In this document: positions 10,450-21,329 of the stretch, piece by piece | Layout of the letters: each line of letters begins with the position of its first letter | Position numbering within the stretch: the first letter of the stretch is position 1 | Notes under the pieces: model-generated | What the model saw: the letters and a program-made list of their open reading frames with translations, nothing else | The model's database searches: none | Told to the model about the DNA's origin: nothing | Assembly (NCBI RefSeq): GCF_004010195.1 | Contig: NW_025214834.1 | Span: 5,459 to 42,175, forward strand | Source of the DNA: Chiloscyllium plagiosum | Lineage: Eukaryota | Reading direction: 5' to 3' | Length of the DNA: 36,717 bases | Made by a program: the position numbers and the translations under genes

Positions 10450-11916
10450 CTGCTTGAATTTCATTCAATCTGTTTGGTTTGAACAGACATTACAAGGCAG
10501 CTGCACATCAGAAAAGAACAGGAAGTAAGAATGGCTGACTGTGCACTGTATGTGTCACCGGACCAGCATGTCTGGGTATGTCAGTTAGTCTGATCTTCGA
10601 GGAGGATAAAAGATCGGCAGAAAGTCAAGAGTCGAAGGGTCTGCAATGTGCTGTACTGTTCTGTGTTTTATATTTCACCCAGCCTGTGGATTCTTATCAA
10701 TTGTTGAATGTGTGAGGGAGTGATATGTGTAAGATCAGGAAGCTGGGGAGGGGAGTTAGCCCAAACCTTCCAGTTATGTTGCTCATTGTTCCATTCACCT
10801 GAATGCCATGACAGTATGTGTGGTACCCTACACCAGGTAGGCTCCGCCAAGTTCAGTTATTAACGTGATTCTTTGCTGCTCTTTTCTGCAGATACAATCT
10901 GTTGGGTGACCCATGTAGTAATCAGATGTTTGCTATGTTTCGTGAATTGGGCAAAAATAAGACGTCAACTATGATTATTCGACTGAACTATAATCTGTCA
11001 TTTGCTGCTCTTTTCTGCAGATACAATCTGTTGGGTGACCCATGTAGTAATCAGATGTTTGCTATGTTTCGTGAATTGGGCAAAAATAAGACGTCAACTA
11101 TGATTATTCGACTGAACTATAATCTGTGAAAAGAATTAGGTTGATTCTATATTTATAGATCNNNNNNNNNNNNNNNNNNNNNNNNNNNNNNNNNNNNNNN
11201 NNNNNNNNNNNNNNNNNNNNNNNNNNNNNNNNNNNNNNNNNNNNNNNNNNNNNNNNNNNNNNNNNNNNNNNNNNNNNNNNNNNNNNNNNNNNNNNNNNNN
11301 NNNNNNNNNNNNNNNNNNNNNNCTGCTTGAATTTCATTCAATCTGTTTGGTTTGAACAGACATTACAAGGCAGCTGCACATCAGAAAAGAACAGGAAGTA
11401 AGAATGGCTGACTGTGCACTGTATGTGTCACCGGACCAGCATGTCTGGGTATGTCAGTTAGTCTGATCTTCGAGGAGGATAAAAGATCGGCAGAAAGTCA
11501 AGGGTCGAAGGGTCTGCAATGTGCTATACTGTTCTGTGTTTTATATTTCACCCAGCCTGTGGATTCTTATCAATTGTTGAATGTGTGAGGGAGTGATATG
11601 TGTAAGATCAGGAAGCTGGGGAGGGGCGTTAGCCCAAAACTTCCAGTTATGTTGCTCATTGTTCCATTCACCTGAATGCCATTACAGTATGTGTGGTACC
11701 CTACACCAGGTAGGCTCCGCCAAGTTCAGTTATTAACGTGATTCTTGACTGGTCATTTGCTGCTCTTTTCTGCAGATACAATCTGTTGGGTGACCCATGT
11801 AGTAATCAGATGTTTGCTACTTTTCGTGAATTGGGCAAAAATAAGACGTCAACTATGATTATTCGACTGAACTATAATCTCTGAAAAGAATTAGGTTGAT
11901 TCTATATTTATGGATC
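10450..11916 (+). repeat. Near-identical duplication across an N gap (10450-11161 vs 11323-11916)
   Basis: Both copies run from ctgcttgaatttcattc to ctatatttat(a/g)gatc with few substitutions; likely unmerged haplotypes or a recent tandem duplication. Confidence 0.92.
10872..11127 (+). repeat. 129 bp tandem duplication (2 copies)
   Basis: tttgctgctcttttctgcagatacaatc starts at 10872 and again at 11001; single copy in the other duplicate at ~11756. Confidence 0.92.
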
Positions 11917-12016
11917 GAAAATGTAAACACCTGTCAAGATTTTCTAACACAGAAATAAAAAATGTACATTTTATTTTGTATCGAACAAACAACATGGATG
12001 GAACTCTTTTGGCGAT

Positions 12017-12627
12017 CAGAGCTGAAGAAATTTTTCAACTGCAGGATGGACGTGGACTCATGCATTGTTTGTTTATATCAACGAGTGTGATGGGGATAAA
12101 TATTCAATTAAATTCTATATTATGGGCAAACTGCAGAAGGTCAAACCATATTCTCATATCCACCTTGAATTGAAAGCAAATACATACTGGAAAATAATCA
12201 AAAATATTGAAACGCCACAGTAGGGGAGAATAAAAAACATGTCGTCTGCATTTAGATTACATTACATTACAGTATAGAAACAGGCCCTTCAGCCCAACAA
12301 GTCCACACCGACCCGCCGAAGCGCAACCCACCCATAACCCCACATTTACCCCTTACCTAACACTACGGGCAATTTAGCATGGCCAATTCACATTACCTGC
12401 ACATCTTTGGACTGTGGGAGGAAATTACAGTCAAATTATGGCTGTAACTATAATAATGGTGGCAAACAGCTAGAATAGTGTCAGTGCTGTTGTTGGACAA
12501 TGCTTGCACAGAGGATGTGAATTACCCTGGATTTTCCCAGAGATGGCTGGGCTGACTTTGGTTGAGTAAGTGCTGAAGCTGCATGAGATGCTGCTGCTTT
12601 GTAATATAGCTACTTACTGAGTACAGT
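12017..12627 (+). repeat. Duplicated block (unknown unit copy 2 + HE1 SINE + flank), nearly identical to 13593-14201
   Basis: cagagctgaagaaatttttc...tacttactgagtacagt in both copies, with about a dozen differences in ~610 bp. Confidence 0.93.
12252..12424 (-). mobile_element. HE1-type V-SINE, 5'-truncated
   Basis: gaaacaggcccttcagcccaacaagtccacaccgacc...acctgcacatctttggactgtgggaggaaa. Confidence 0.85.
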
Positions 12628-12699
12628 CAAAGGAACAAAGCAGCAAATGCCATTGCTTATTGTTTCAGAATATACCAGAGTATTCATGGCTGCCACTGC

Positions 12700-13290
12700 A
12701 AAGAATCATGCAATGAAAAACAGGCTCATCACGTCTGTGCCAGCAAGTGCACATCCAAAGGCTTTTTAAACGTTTGTGTGAGGTTACCTGCCTCAACCAC
12801 CCTCCGAGACGACGCATTCCAGATTCAGGCTACCCTCTCAGTTCGAAACACATTCCACAAATTCTCTCTCAAACCCCTCCCTTTCTCTTTAAAAGTGTGT
12901 CCATTTGTTTTTGATCCTTTGACTAAGGAAAACAGCTGTTGTCTGTTCATCCTCACCATACCCCTTATGCTCTTGTACACCTGTACCAGATTCCCTCCTC
13001 AACCTTTCCTGCTGCAAAGAAAAAACGAGCAGATTTAGCCCTCCTCTTTCATACTCACTTTTGAGTACTTACTTGTCTTGTTACTTCTGACTTGCATCTT
13101 CCCAATTTATCGGTGTTAAATTTCATCAGGCCTTGATCTGGCTATCTGAACAATTTGTTTTTATCCTCCTGTAGCCTAACACTTCCCTCCTGACTGTGAC
13201 CCACCCAGCCCATCTTTGTGTCATCCACAACATTGATCATCATTTCACTGCTCCCCACCTCCACATTTTCACAATCGTCATTTCTGAATA
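12700..13290 (-). mobile_element. Old CR1/HER1 LINE 3' fragments
   Basis: acctgcctcaaccaccctc...gcattccaga and atctttgtgtcatccacaa (reverse of the FADD region). Confidence 0.65.
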
Positions 13291-13418
13291 TCACAAACAA
13301 CCAGTGATTTCCTTCCTGTTCTCCAGATGTTATTCAGAGGATTTTTTACAATTCCAATTTCTTGCTTTCCCTATTTTGGTGAATTTATGAGTGATGTAAT
13401 TAACACATTTTATGAGGG

Positions 13419-13830
13419 AGCCACAAATAGCATTTTCGGCACAGAGTTGAATTCACCTTTTACACTCTGCCCCTCTGGATGTTTTATTTATAAGCGTTGT
13501 AAATAATTTAGGATAAACTACGGTTTGGCACCTTGCAGTGGAACATTAGCATTTTGTGTGGCACTGTTCTTTGTAACATTTCCTGCAATAGCCAGAGCTG
13601 AAGAAATTTTTCAACTGCAGGATGGATGTGGACTCATGCATTGTTTGTTTATATCAACGAGTGTGATGGGGATAAATATTCAATTAAATTCTATATTATG
13701 GGCAAACTGCAGAAGGTCAAACCATATTCTCATATCCACCTTGAATTGGAAGCAAATACATACTGGAAAATAATCAAAAATATTGAAACACCACAGTAGG
13801 GGAGAAAAAAAAATGTCGTCTGCATTTCGA
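13419..13830 (+). repeat. Unknown low-copy unit, copy 3 (most complete 5' part)
   Basis: Aligns to 1-385. Stop-free frame 13602-13796 (65 codons) contains HIH at 13731-13739. Confidence 0.9.
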
Positions 13831-13998
13831 TTACATTTCATTACAGTGTGGAAACAGTCTCTTCAGCCCAACAAGTCCACACCGACCCGCCGAAGCGCAA
13901 CCCACCCATACCCCCACATTTACCCCTTACCTAACACTACGGGCAATTTAGCATGGCCAATTCACATTACCTGCACATCTTTGGACTGTGGGAGGAAA
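13826..13998 (-). mobile_element. HE1-type V-SINE, 5'-truncated (duplicate of 12252-12424)
   Basis: Same sequence and same breakpoints as the 12.25 kb copy. Confidence 0.85.
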
Positions 13999-14907
13999 TT
14001 ACAGTCAAAATATGGCTGTAACTATAATAATGGTGGCAAACAGCTAGAATAGTGTCAGTGCTGTTGTTGGACAATGCTTGCACAGAGGATGTGAATTACC
14101 CTGGATTTTCCCAGAGATGGCTGGGCTGACTTTGGTTGAGTAAGTGCTGAAGCTGCATGAGATGCTGCTGCTTTGTAATATAGCTACTTACTGAGTACAG
14201 TNNNNNNNNNNNNNNNNNNNNNNNNNNNNNNNNNNNNNNNNNNNNNNNNNNNNNNNNNNNNNNNNNNNNNNNNNNNNNNNNNNNNNNNNNNNNNNNNNNN
14301 NNNNNNNNNNNNNNNNNNNNNNNNNNNNNNNNNNNNNNNNNNNNNNNNNNNNNNNNNNNNNNNNNNNNNNNNNNNNNNNNNNNNNNNNNNNNNNNNNNNN
14401 NNNNNNNNNNNNNNNNNNNNNNNNNNNNNNNNNNNNNNNNNNNNNNNNNNNNNNNNNNNNNNNNNNNNNNNNNNNNNNNNNNNNNNNNNNNNNNNNNNNN
14501 NNNNNNNNNNNNNNNNNNNNNNNNNNNNNNNNNNNNNNNNNNNNNNNNNNNNNNNNNNNNNNNNNNNNNNNNNNNNNNNNNNNNNNNNNNNNNNNNNNNN
14601 NNNNNNNNNNNNNNNNNNNNNNNNNNNNNNNNNNNNNNNNNNNNNNNNNNNNNNNNNNNNNNNNNNNNNNNNNNNNNNNNNNNNNNNNNNNNNNNNNNNN
14701 NNNNNNNNNNNNNNNNNNNNNNNNNNNNNNNNNNNNNNNNNNNNNNNNNNNNNNNNNNNNNNNNNNNNNNNNNNNNNNNNNNNNNNNNNNNNNNCGATAT
14801 CTCTACTATTATTCTCCTGTATTGTCCCCATAGCCCTGCACATTTTGTTATTAGTATCTGTTTTTAATTGTAAGCATCCTGCAAGATATGAACAATATGA
14901 TCAACCT

Positions 14908-14995
14908 CAAACAAAAACAGATGTTGGAGGGAAAGCTCAGCAGGTCTGGCAGTGAAGAGAAATCAATGTTAATGCTTCAGGTGCGGTGACCCGAC
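14908..14995 (-). mobile_element. Penelope-like terminal fragment
   Basis: aaacaaaaacag...ctcagcaggtctggcag...gttaatgcttcaggtgcggtgaccc is the reverse complement of the 3752-3840 tail. Confidence 0.7.
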
Positions 14996-16229
14996 TCAAT
15001 CTGTATTCCCAATGATTAAATGGTGTGTAAATAAAATATAAAATACCCCTGTTGTGAGCTATATTTAATTCTATCTGACGTTAAGAGTGATGATGACATG
15101 TGGAATATCATTGTACTCCCCATGCGGTCTCCACAGCCACTGCCCCCATTCCGCCCTATCTCCCACCCAAACGTGACTTATTAATTCAAAAGTCTTAATG
15201 AATAAGTTCACTTTTGGTTTTGGACTGAGGAGAAAAAGGGTACAAATTACTGCTTTCTAGCAAATAAAACTGCATTAAAATGTTTGTCCATTTGTATAAA
15301 TTAATTACTCAAGCATATTTTAAATAGAAGGTCCAACGTTTCTTTATTAGAGCAGGGAGAGGAACATTCAGAAAAGTCCACGCTTCCTGTCTATGTGCAG
15401 AGCAGCTGTACCCAATGACAGTGTGTTGGTTGGTGTTTCTTCCCGTGGAGAAGAGCTCAGCACAGTAACAACGTCCTGATTGTGTATCTTTTTTTTTGTG
15501 GAGGGGTGAAAATTCGGGGTAAGATGGTTACAGCATTGCAAACGTACAACAGAGCAGAGTCATCTAGCCTGCGATAAGAAAACATTCATCATACTCCCTC
15601 ACAACTGACTTCACTAGAGCAATTAGTGATGGGAGATGTGACCAATAGCCAGCAATGTCAGCATCCAGTCCAGTCCAGCTATATTATGAACTGAATGTGC
15701 TATATTGCAAGCTAGAACTGTTTGCTCAGTGACTGTAATTGATGTCAGTCTCCATGCATTGTAACTATGTCACTGGAGCGTTTCCCTCTCCTATTGGTGA
15801 GGGGCTTCACTCAGTGCGCTATCCTACTGTAGGAGCAAATGCATCAGCTCCAACAACAACAAACATCAGCAGCTGCACAGACGTGAAGAGGACAGATCTG
15901 AATCTGAGAATAATGGACTGGATAATTACACCAATGCAGAGGAGGCTTTCCTTGGGTCTTTTCAAAAATTTTCTCTATTGGGAATTTCTACTATATCGCA
16001 TATTAGCGGTACTGATTATTATTTTGGGCGGGGTGGAGGGTGCGTTACTAACCTATTGTCGCTATTGTTGGTGTTCTCTACCTCTGTCCATTCATTAATC
16101 CCATAAACAATTTTGAACTTCATTGCAATTACTGTTATCTATATTTGTCAAAGAAAGAAACTTTTATCTTCAATTCAAATTGCAGTCTCCATTCATCTGA
16201 AATGCAGACCACTCCCTTATAAACATCTG

Positions 16230-16480
16230 ATAACAAAACTGTGGACAACCTCAAGATACCTTTTGGCCCTGAATTGATTTATGTCTCGTGTTATCTCTGT
16301 CACGAACTCTGTCCACTACCAGCTCATAATATCCCCAATCTCCATCTCTGCGTCAGTGCAATGGTCTGAACAAACCATTGTCCGCACGTTGGTAAAATTC
16401 AAACTTTATATTTCAAGCTCTCTTCTGGCCACTTTTCCAGTTGCAAGTATTTCAATCTCAAAATTGTTCTTGTGTCAGAC
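16230..16480 (+). mobile_element. Old L2 LINE fragment
   Basis: SEQTIVRTLVKFKLYISSSLLATFP resembles the L2 ETLIHAFVTSRLDYSNALLAGLP region. Confidence 0.5.
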
Positions 16481-16504
16481 GTTACTTCATGATTAGGACA
16501 ATGT

Positions 16505-16865
16505 ATCAGAGTAGGAATGTCGTTGGATGTAATTCAGGAGCAAAGCTTACTAAACGGTAGACATTGTTTCAAGCAATTTGTTTCAAGTCCTACCACAGCT
16601 GATGTCAGAACTTCAATAAAAATGATAAGAAATCGAATAAAGTGTATTTCACGAAAAACAACCATAAAACCAAGATTTTGTCTGAAAATCTTGCTGTTTC
16701 ACTGATGACCTTAAAGAAATCTAACGCGGTCTGGGTTAAGTGCGACTTCAGACCCATATTGATTTTATATTAGCTTGGGGAATGGCCTCACAATCAGGAC
16801 AATTAGTGATGATTAACAAATGCTGCCCTGGCAGAGATGCCGACTTCCCATGGAATAACAAATTT
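16505..16865 (+). mobile_element. Old tRNA-headed SINE (same family as 22710-23058)
   Basis: B-box remnant gtttcaagtcctaccac; body tcactgatgacctt and gacttcagaccca; tail caattagtgatgattaacaaatgctgcc. Confidence 0.65.
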
Positions 16866-17079
16866 GAAGCTTAAACCAAATAAAAGAATATGCTGGATAT
16901 CTGAAATTGCATAAGAAATGTGAAGCAAAGAACAGAAAGTGCTGGGAGCTTTCCTGAACTGAAAACAGTTGGAAAATAGTGTGAATGATGCTGGTGACAG
17001 GGAAGTCTGCTTTGGAAGGGAGGAGGAGTGAGCTAACTCGAGAGAGAAAGAGAGAGATAGAGAAACAGTACAGTAAGGG

Positions 17080-18740
17080 GCTGTTAGCAGCCTTTCTGCG
17101 GCAACGAGCCATGTAAATGGAATCGATGGTTGGGATGTTAGAGTCCGTGCTGGTCAGAGCTGTGCACCCAACCTTCTGTAGTTTCTCACAGTCCTGAGTA
17201 GAACAGTTGCCGTACCAGGCTGTTATGCACCGGGACAGTACGCTCTCAATGGTGCATCTGTAGATGTAGCGCATGCTGAATTTCCTGTATCACCCCAGGA
17301 AGGAGAGGCATTGTTGAACCTTCCCGACTGTCGGACCTAAGTGAGAAGTTCAGGACAGGTTGTGAGTTATCATCACTCCGAGGCACTTGATGCTCTGCAG
17401 TCCCTCAAATGGTTGATGTAGATGGGGCATGTTCCCCTCCTTTCTTCTTAAAGCCAGTGGTCAGTCCTTTACGTTTGCTGGATTAGAGAGAGAGGTCATT
17501 ATCAACAGATCATGCCACCAAGCTCTCTATCGCCTTTCTAGATTCTGACGCGTTCTTGTTTAATATCCGTACTGCTATAGTGATGTCATCAGCGAACTTG
17601 TAGCTGGCGTTGTTTGGAATTTGGAAACTAGGCGTGGTTGTACAGGGAGGACATTAGGGGGATGAGGACGCAGCCGTGGTTGTACAGGGAGGACATTAGG
17701 GGGCTGAGGACACAGCCGTGGGAGTACAGGGAGAACAGTAGGGGGCTGCAGAAACAACCGTGGGTGTACAGGGAATACAGTGGTTGGCTGAGGGCACAGC
17801 CTGGTGTACAGGTAACACACTAAGGGGCTGAGGTCACAGCCGTGGGTGTAGCTGGAGTATCGTAAGGGGCTGAGGGCACAGCCGTGGGTGTAGCTGGAGT
17901 ATCGTAAGGGGCTGAGGGCACAGACGTGGGTGTACATGGAATACAGTAAGGGGCTGAGGGCACAGACGTGGGTGTACAGGGAGGACAGTAGTGGGCTGAG
18001 GGTACAGCCGTGGCTGTACAGGCAGTATTGTCGGGCGTTGAGAACACATCCTTCAGCAGCTTTAGTGGTGATTGTTATTGTGGAGAAGGTGATTTTACCT
18101 ATCTTCACGATTGTGGGTCAAAAGTCTGAGGAGCCAGTTGCAGAGGATCTAACCGAGACCAAGGTCACGGAGTTTTGTGATTAGTCTGTAAGGGATAATG
18201 ATTTTGAAGGTGGAGCTTTAGTCAATGAGCAGGAGTCTGGTGTCGGTGTCCTTGTTGTCCAGATGTTCCAGGGATGCGTGCAGGCTCGGATATGGCATCT
18301 GTTGTGAACCCGTTACATCAGTCGGCACATTATAGGGCAGCAGGTCAGGCTGGGAGACTGGAGTTGGTGTCGGCCATAACGAGCCTCTCAAAGCACTTCA
18401 TCGTCTATAAGGACACGTTCCATGTGCTTTCTCACTTCCGCAGATGATGATGGCCTTCTTGAATCAGATTGGGACTTCGGCTTCTGGTGGGAGAGTCTGA
18501 AGTTGTACGTGAATACCTCTGCTAGTTGGTACAAACAGGATCTGAGTGCTCAGCCAGGAACACTCTCCAGGCCCATCACTTTCTTTGATTTGACTCACTG
18601 AAAGACTGACCATGCCTGCAGCGGTGACAACAGACACAGGTACATCTGGGGCTTTCGCGGCAGGTGTCAGCCCTCAGTGACAGTCACACAGTCATTTATG
18701 ATCGACATCCCCACCCCCCACCTCCCTCTGTCGTCTTCAA
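17080..18740 (-). mobile_element. Rex1/Babar LINE, copy B, with internal tandem expansion
   Basis: YRCTIESVLSRCITAWYGNCSTQDCEKLQKV; KFADD region at ~17583-17600; colinear with 5215-6040. Confidence 0.9.
17633..18050 (-). repeat. 42 bp minisatellite x10 derived from the RT motif GCVLSPLLYSLYTH
   Basis: Ten units of approximately cgtgggtgtacagggagtacagtaaggggctgagggcacagc; one unit is 40 bp. Confidence 0.95.
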
Positions 18741-18746
18741 CACACT

Positions 18747-20833
18747 ACTACTGTGTGTGAATAATCCTGTGACAGTAGGGTGGTCTATACTATATGTGAA
18801 TAATTCTTTGCGTGGGGATGGTCAATATTGCGTGTGAATAATCCTAGTCCCTAAGGATGTTCAGTAATGTGTGCCACTAATCCGGTGGCTCGAGGATGTT
18901 CAATACAGTGTGTGAATACTTCTTTGGACAGTGAATGGTCAGTTCCATGTGTGATTAATCCAGTGGCCTGAGGATGGTCAATACAGTGTGTAAATAATCC
19001 TTTGGACAGTGAATGGTCAGTTACATGTGTGATTAATCCTGTTGCCTGAGGTTGTTCAACACTGTGTGTGTGAATAATGCTGTGGCCTGAGGATGGTCAA
19101 TACTGCGTGTGAATAATCCTGTTGCCTGACTTGATGAATACTCTGAACTACTCCTGTTGCCTGAGGATGGTCAATACTGTGTGAGAATAATCCTTTGGAT
19201 AGTGATTGGTCAATACCATGTGTGATTAATCCTGTAGCCCGATGATTGTCAATACCATGTGAAAATAATCTTGTGGCTTGAGGATGGTCAATACCATGTG
19301 TGAATAATTGTGTTGCGTCAGGATGGTCAGTACTGTGTGAGAATAATCCTGTTGCCTGAGGACGGTCAATAATGTGTGTCACTATACCTGTAGAATACTG
19401 AGTGCGAATAATGCTGCGGTCTGAGGTGTGAATAATTCTGTGGACTGTGGATTGTCAATACCATGTTTAAATAATCCTGTTGCCTGAGGATGGTCAATAC
19501 TGCGTGTGAATAATCCTGTTGCCTGAGTTGATGAATACTCTGTGAACTACTCCTGTGGCCTGAGGTTGGTCAATACTGTGAGTGAATAATCTTGTGGCTG
19601 GAGGCTGGTCAATAATGTGTGAAAATAATCCTGTGGCCTGCGGACTGTCAACACTGTGTGTGAATAGTCCTGTGGCATTAGGGTGGTCTTTACTGTGTGT
19701 GAATAATTCTTTGCGTGAGGATGGTCAATACTGCGTGTGAATAATCCTGTTGCCTGAGGATGTTCAATCCTGTGTGAGAATAATCTTGTTACCTGTGAAT
19801 GGTCAATACTGTGAGTGAATAATCCTGTGGTCTACGGATGGTCAATACTGTCTGAGAGTAATCCTGTGGACTGAGGATGGTCAACATGATGTGTAATTAT
19901 TCCTTTGTACTGTGAATGGTCAATACAGTGTGTGAATAATTCTGAGACCTGAGGATGTAGAATACTGTGTGCGAATAATCCTGCAGCCTGAGGACGGAGG
20001 ATACTTGTGTGAATAATCCTGTGGACTGTGGATTGTCAATACTGTGTGTAAATAATCCTGGGAACTATGAAAGCTCCATACTGTTTATGAATACACCTGT
20101 GGCCTAAGGTTTGTCAATAATGTGTGTGAATAATCTTGTGGGCTGATGGTGGTCAGTAACATGTGAAAGTAATCCTCTGACTTGAGAATTGTCAATACCA
20201 TGTGTGAATAACCCTTGGCCTGTGGGATGGTCAATAATGTGTGTGAATAATACTGTGGCCTGAGGATGGTCAATACAGTGTGTGAATAATCCTGTGCCTT
20301 TAAAGTGACAAGGCAGTGGATTCAAACATCCTGTGGCCGTAGACTGGTCAATACAGTGTGTGAATAATTCTGAGGCCTGAGGATGTACAATACTGTGTGC
20401 GAATAATCCTGTGGCCTGTGAACGTCAATACTGTGTGTGAATTATCCTTGGACAGTGAATGGTCAATACCATGTGTGAATAATCCTCTGGCCTGTGAATC
20501 ATCAATACTGTGTGTGAATAACTCTTGGCCTGAGGATGGTCAATACTGTGTGTGAAAAATCCTGTGGACTGAGGATGGTCATTTCTGTTTGTTAATAATA
20601 CTATGGCCTGAGGATGGTCAATATTGTGTGTGAATAATCCTGTGCACTGTGACTGCTCAATACTCTGTGTAAATAAACCTGTGGCCTGAGAGTAATCAAT
20701 AAAATGTGGGAATAATCCAGTGGCCTAAGGATAGTCAATACTGTGTGTGAATAACGCTGTGGTCTGTGAATGGTCAATACTGTGTGTTAATAATCTGTGG
20801 CCTGTGGATGGTCAATACTGTTGTGAATAATCT
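18747..20833. repeat. 39 bp minisatellite, ~53 diverged units
   Basis: Consensus aatactgtgtgtgaataatcctgtggcctgaggatggtc, head-to-tail with no unique spacers. Confidence 0.95.
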
Positions 20834-20837
20834 TCAC

Positions 20838-21318
20838 AACAGATAAAATGTTTATCTGCTGAAGCTTCCAAACAGAAATACTTGTGTGCCAAATAACATA
20901 AACAGCAAGGGACAGACAGAACGGTGCTATCCCACAACGAATGCATCCGATTTAAGCTCTGCAGTCCTCCTAATCCGACCGTGGATGGTGTTGGACGATT
21001 AAACAACTCACTGGAGTCTCCACAAATATTCCCGTCCTCAATGATGGAAGAGCCCAGCACATCAGTGCAAAAGGTAAGGCTGAAGCTTTTGCAGAAATCT
21101 TCAGTCAGAAGTTTCGAGTGAATGGTCCATTTCGGCCTCCTCTTGTGGTTCCCATCATTACAGATAGCAGTCTTCAGCAAATTCGATTGACTGATGTCAA
21201 GAAACGTTTGAAGGTACTGGATATTGCAAAGGCTATAACCCCTGATAACATGCCGACGATAGTCCTGAAGACTTGTACTCCACAACTTCCCGCTTCCCTT
21301 GGCTAGCTGTTCCAGTAC
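20838..21318 (+). mobile_element. Internal fragment of the L2-group LINE, inverted paralog of ~8555-9020
   Basis: SHNECIRFKLCSP...KVLDIAKAITPDNMPTIVLKTCTPQL; closely matches the reverse complement of 8555-9020. Confidence 0.9.
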
Positions 21319-21329
21319 TTCAAATATCA

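Noticed and set aside
13525..13773. 82 aa ORF with a signal-peptide-like N-terminus (and 11910-12173)
   Set aside because: Non-ATG start, a stop in copy 1, and a different N-terminus in copy 2. Not fully excluded as the true frame, but unsupported.
19056..20325. HPQATG repeat as an integrase HPQxNG motif or a repetitive protein
   Set aside because: Only a 4-residue resemblance, no LTR-element context, and many units carry stops and indels.
17633..20833. CRISPR-like appearance of the 42 bp and 39 bp arrays
   Set aside because: Units are head-to-tail with no unique spacers, there are no cas genes, and the context is vertebrate.
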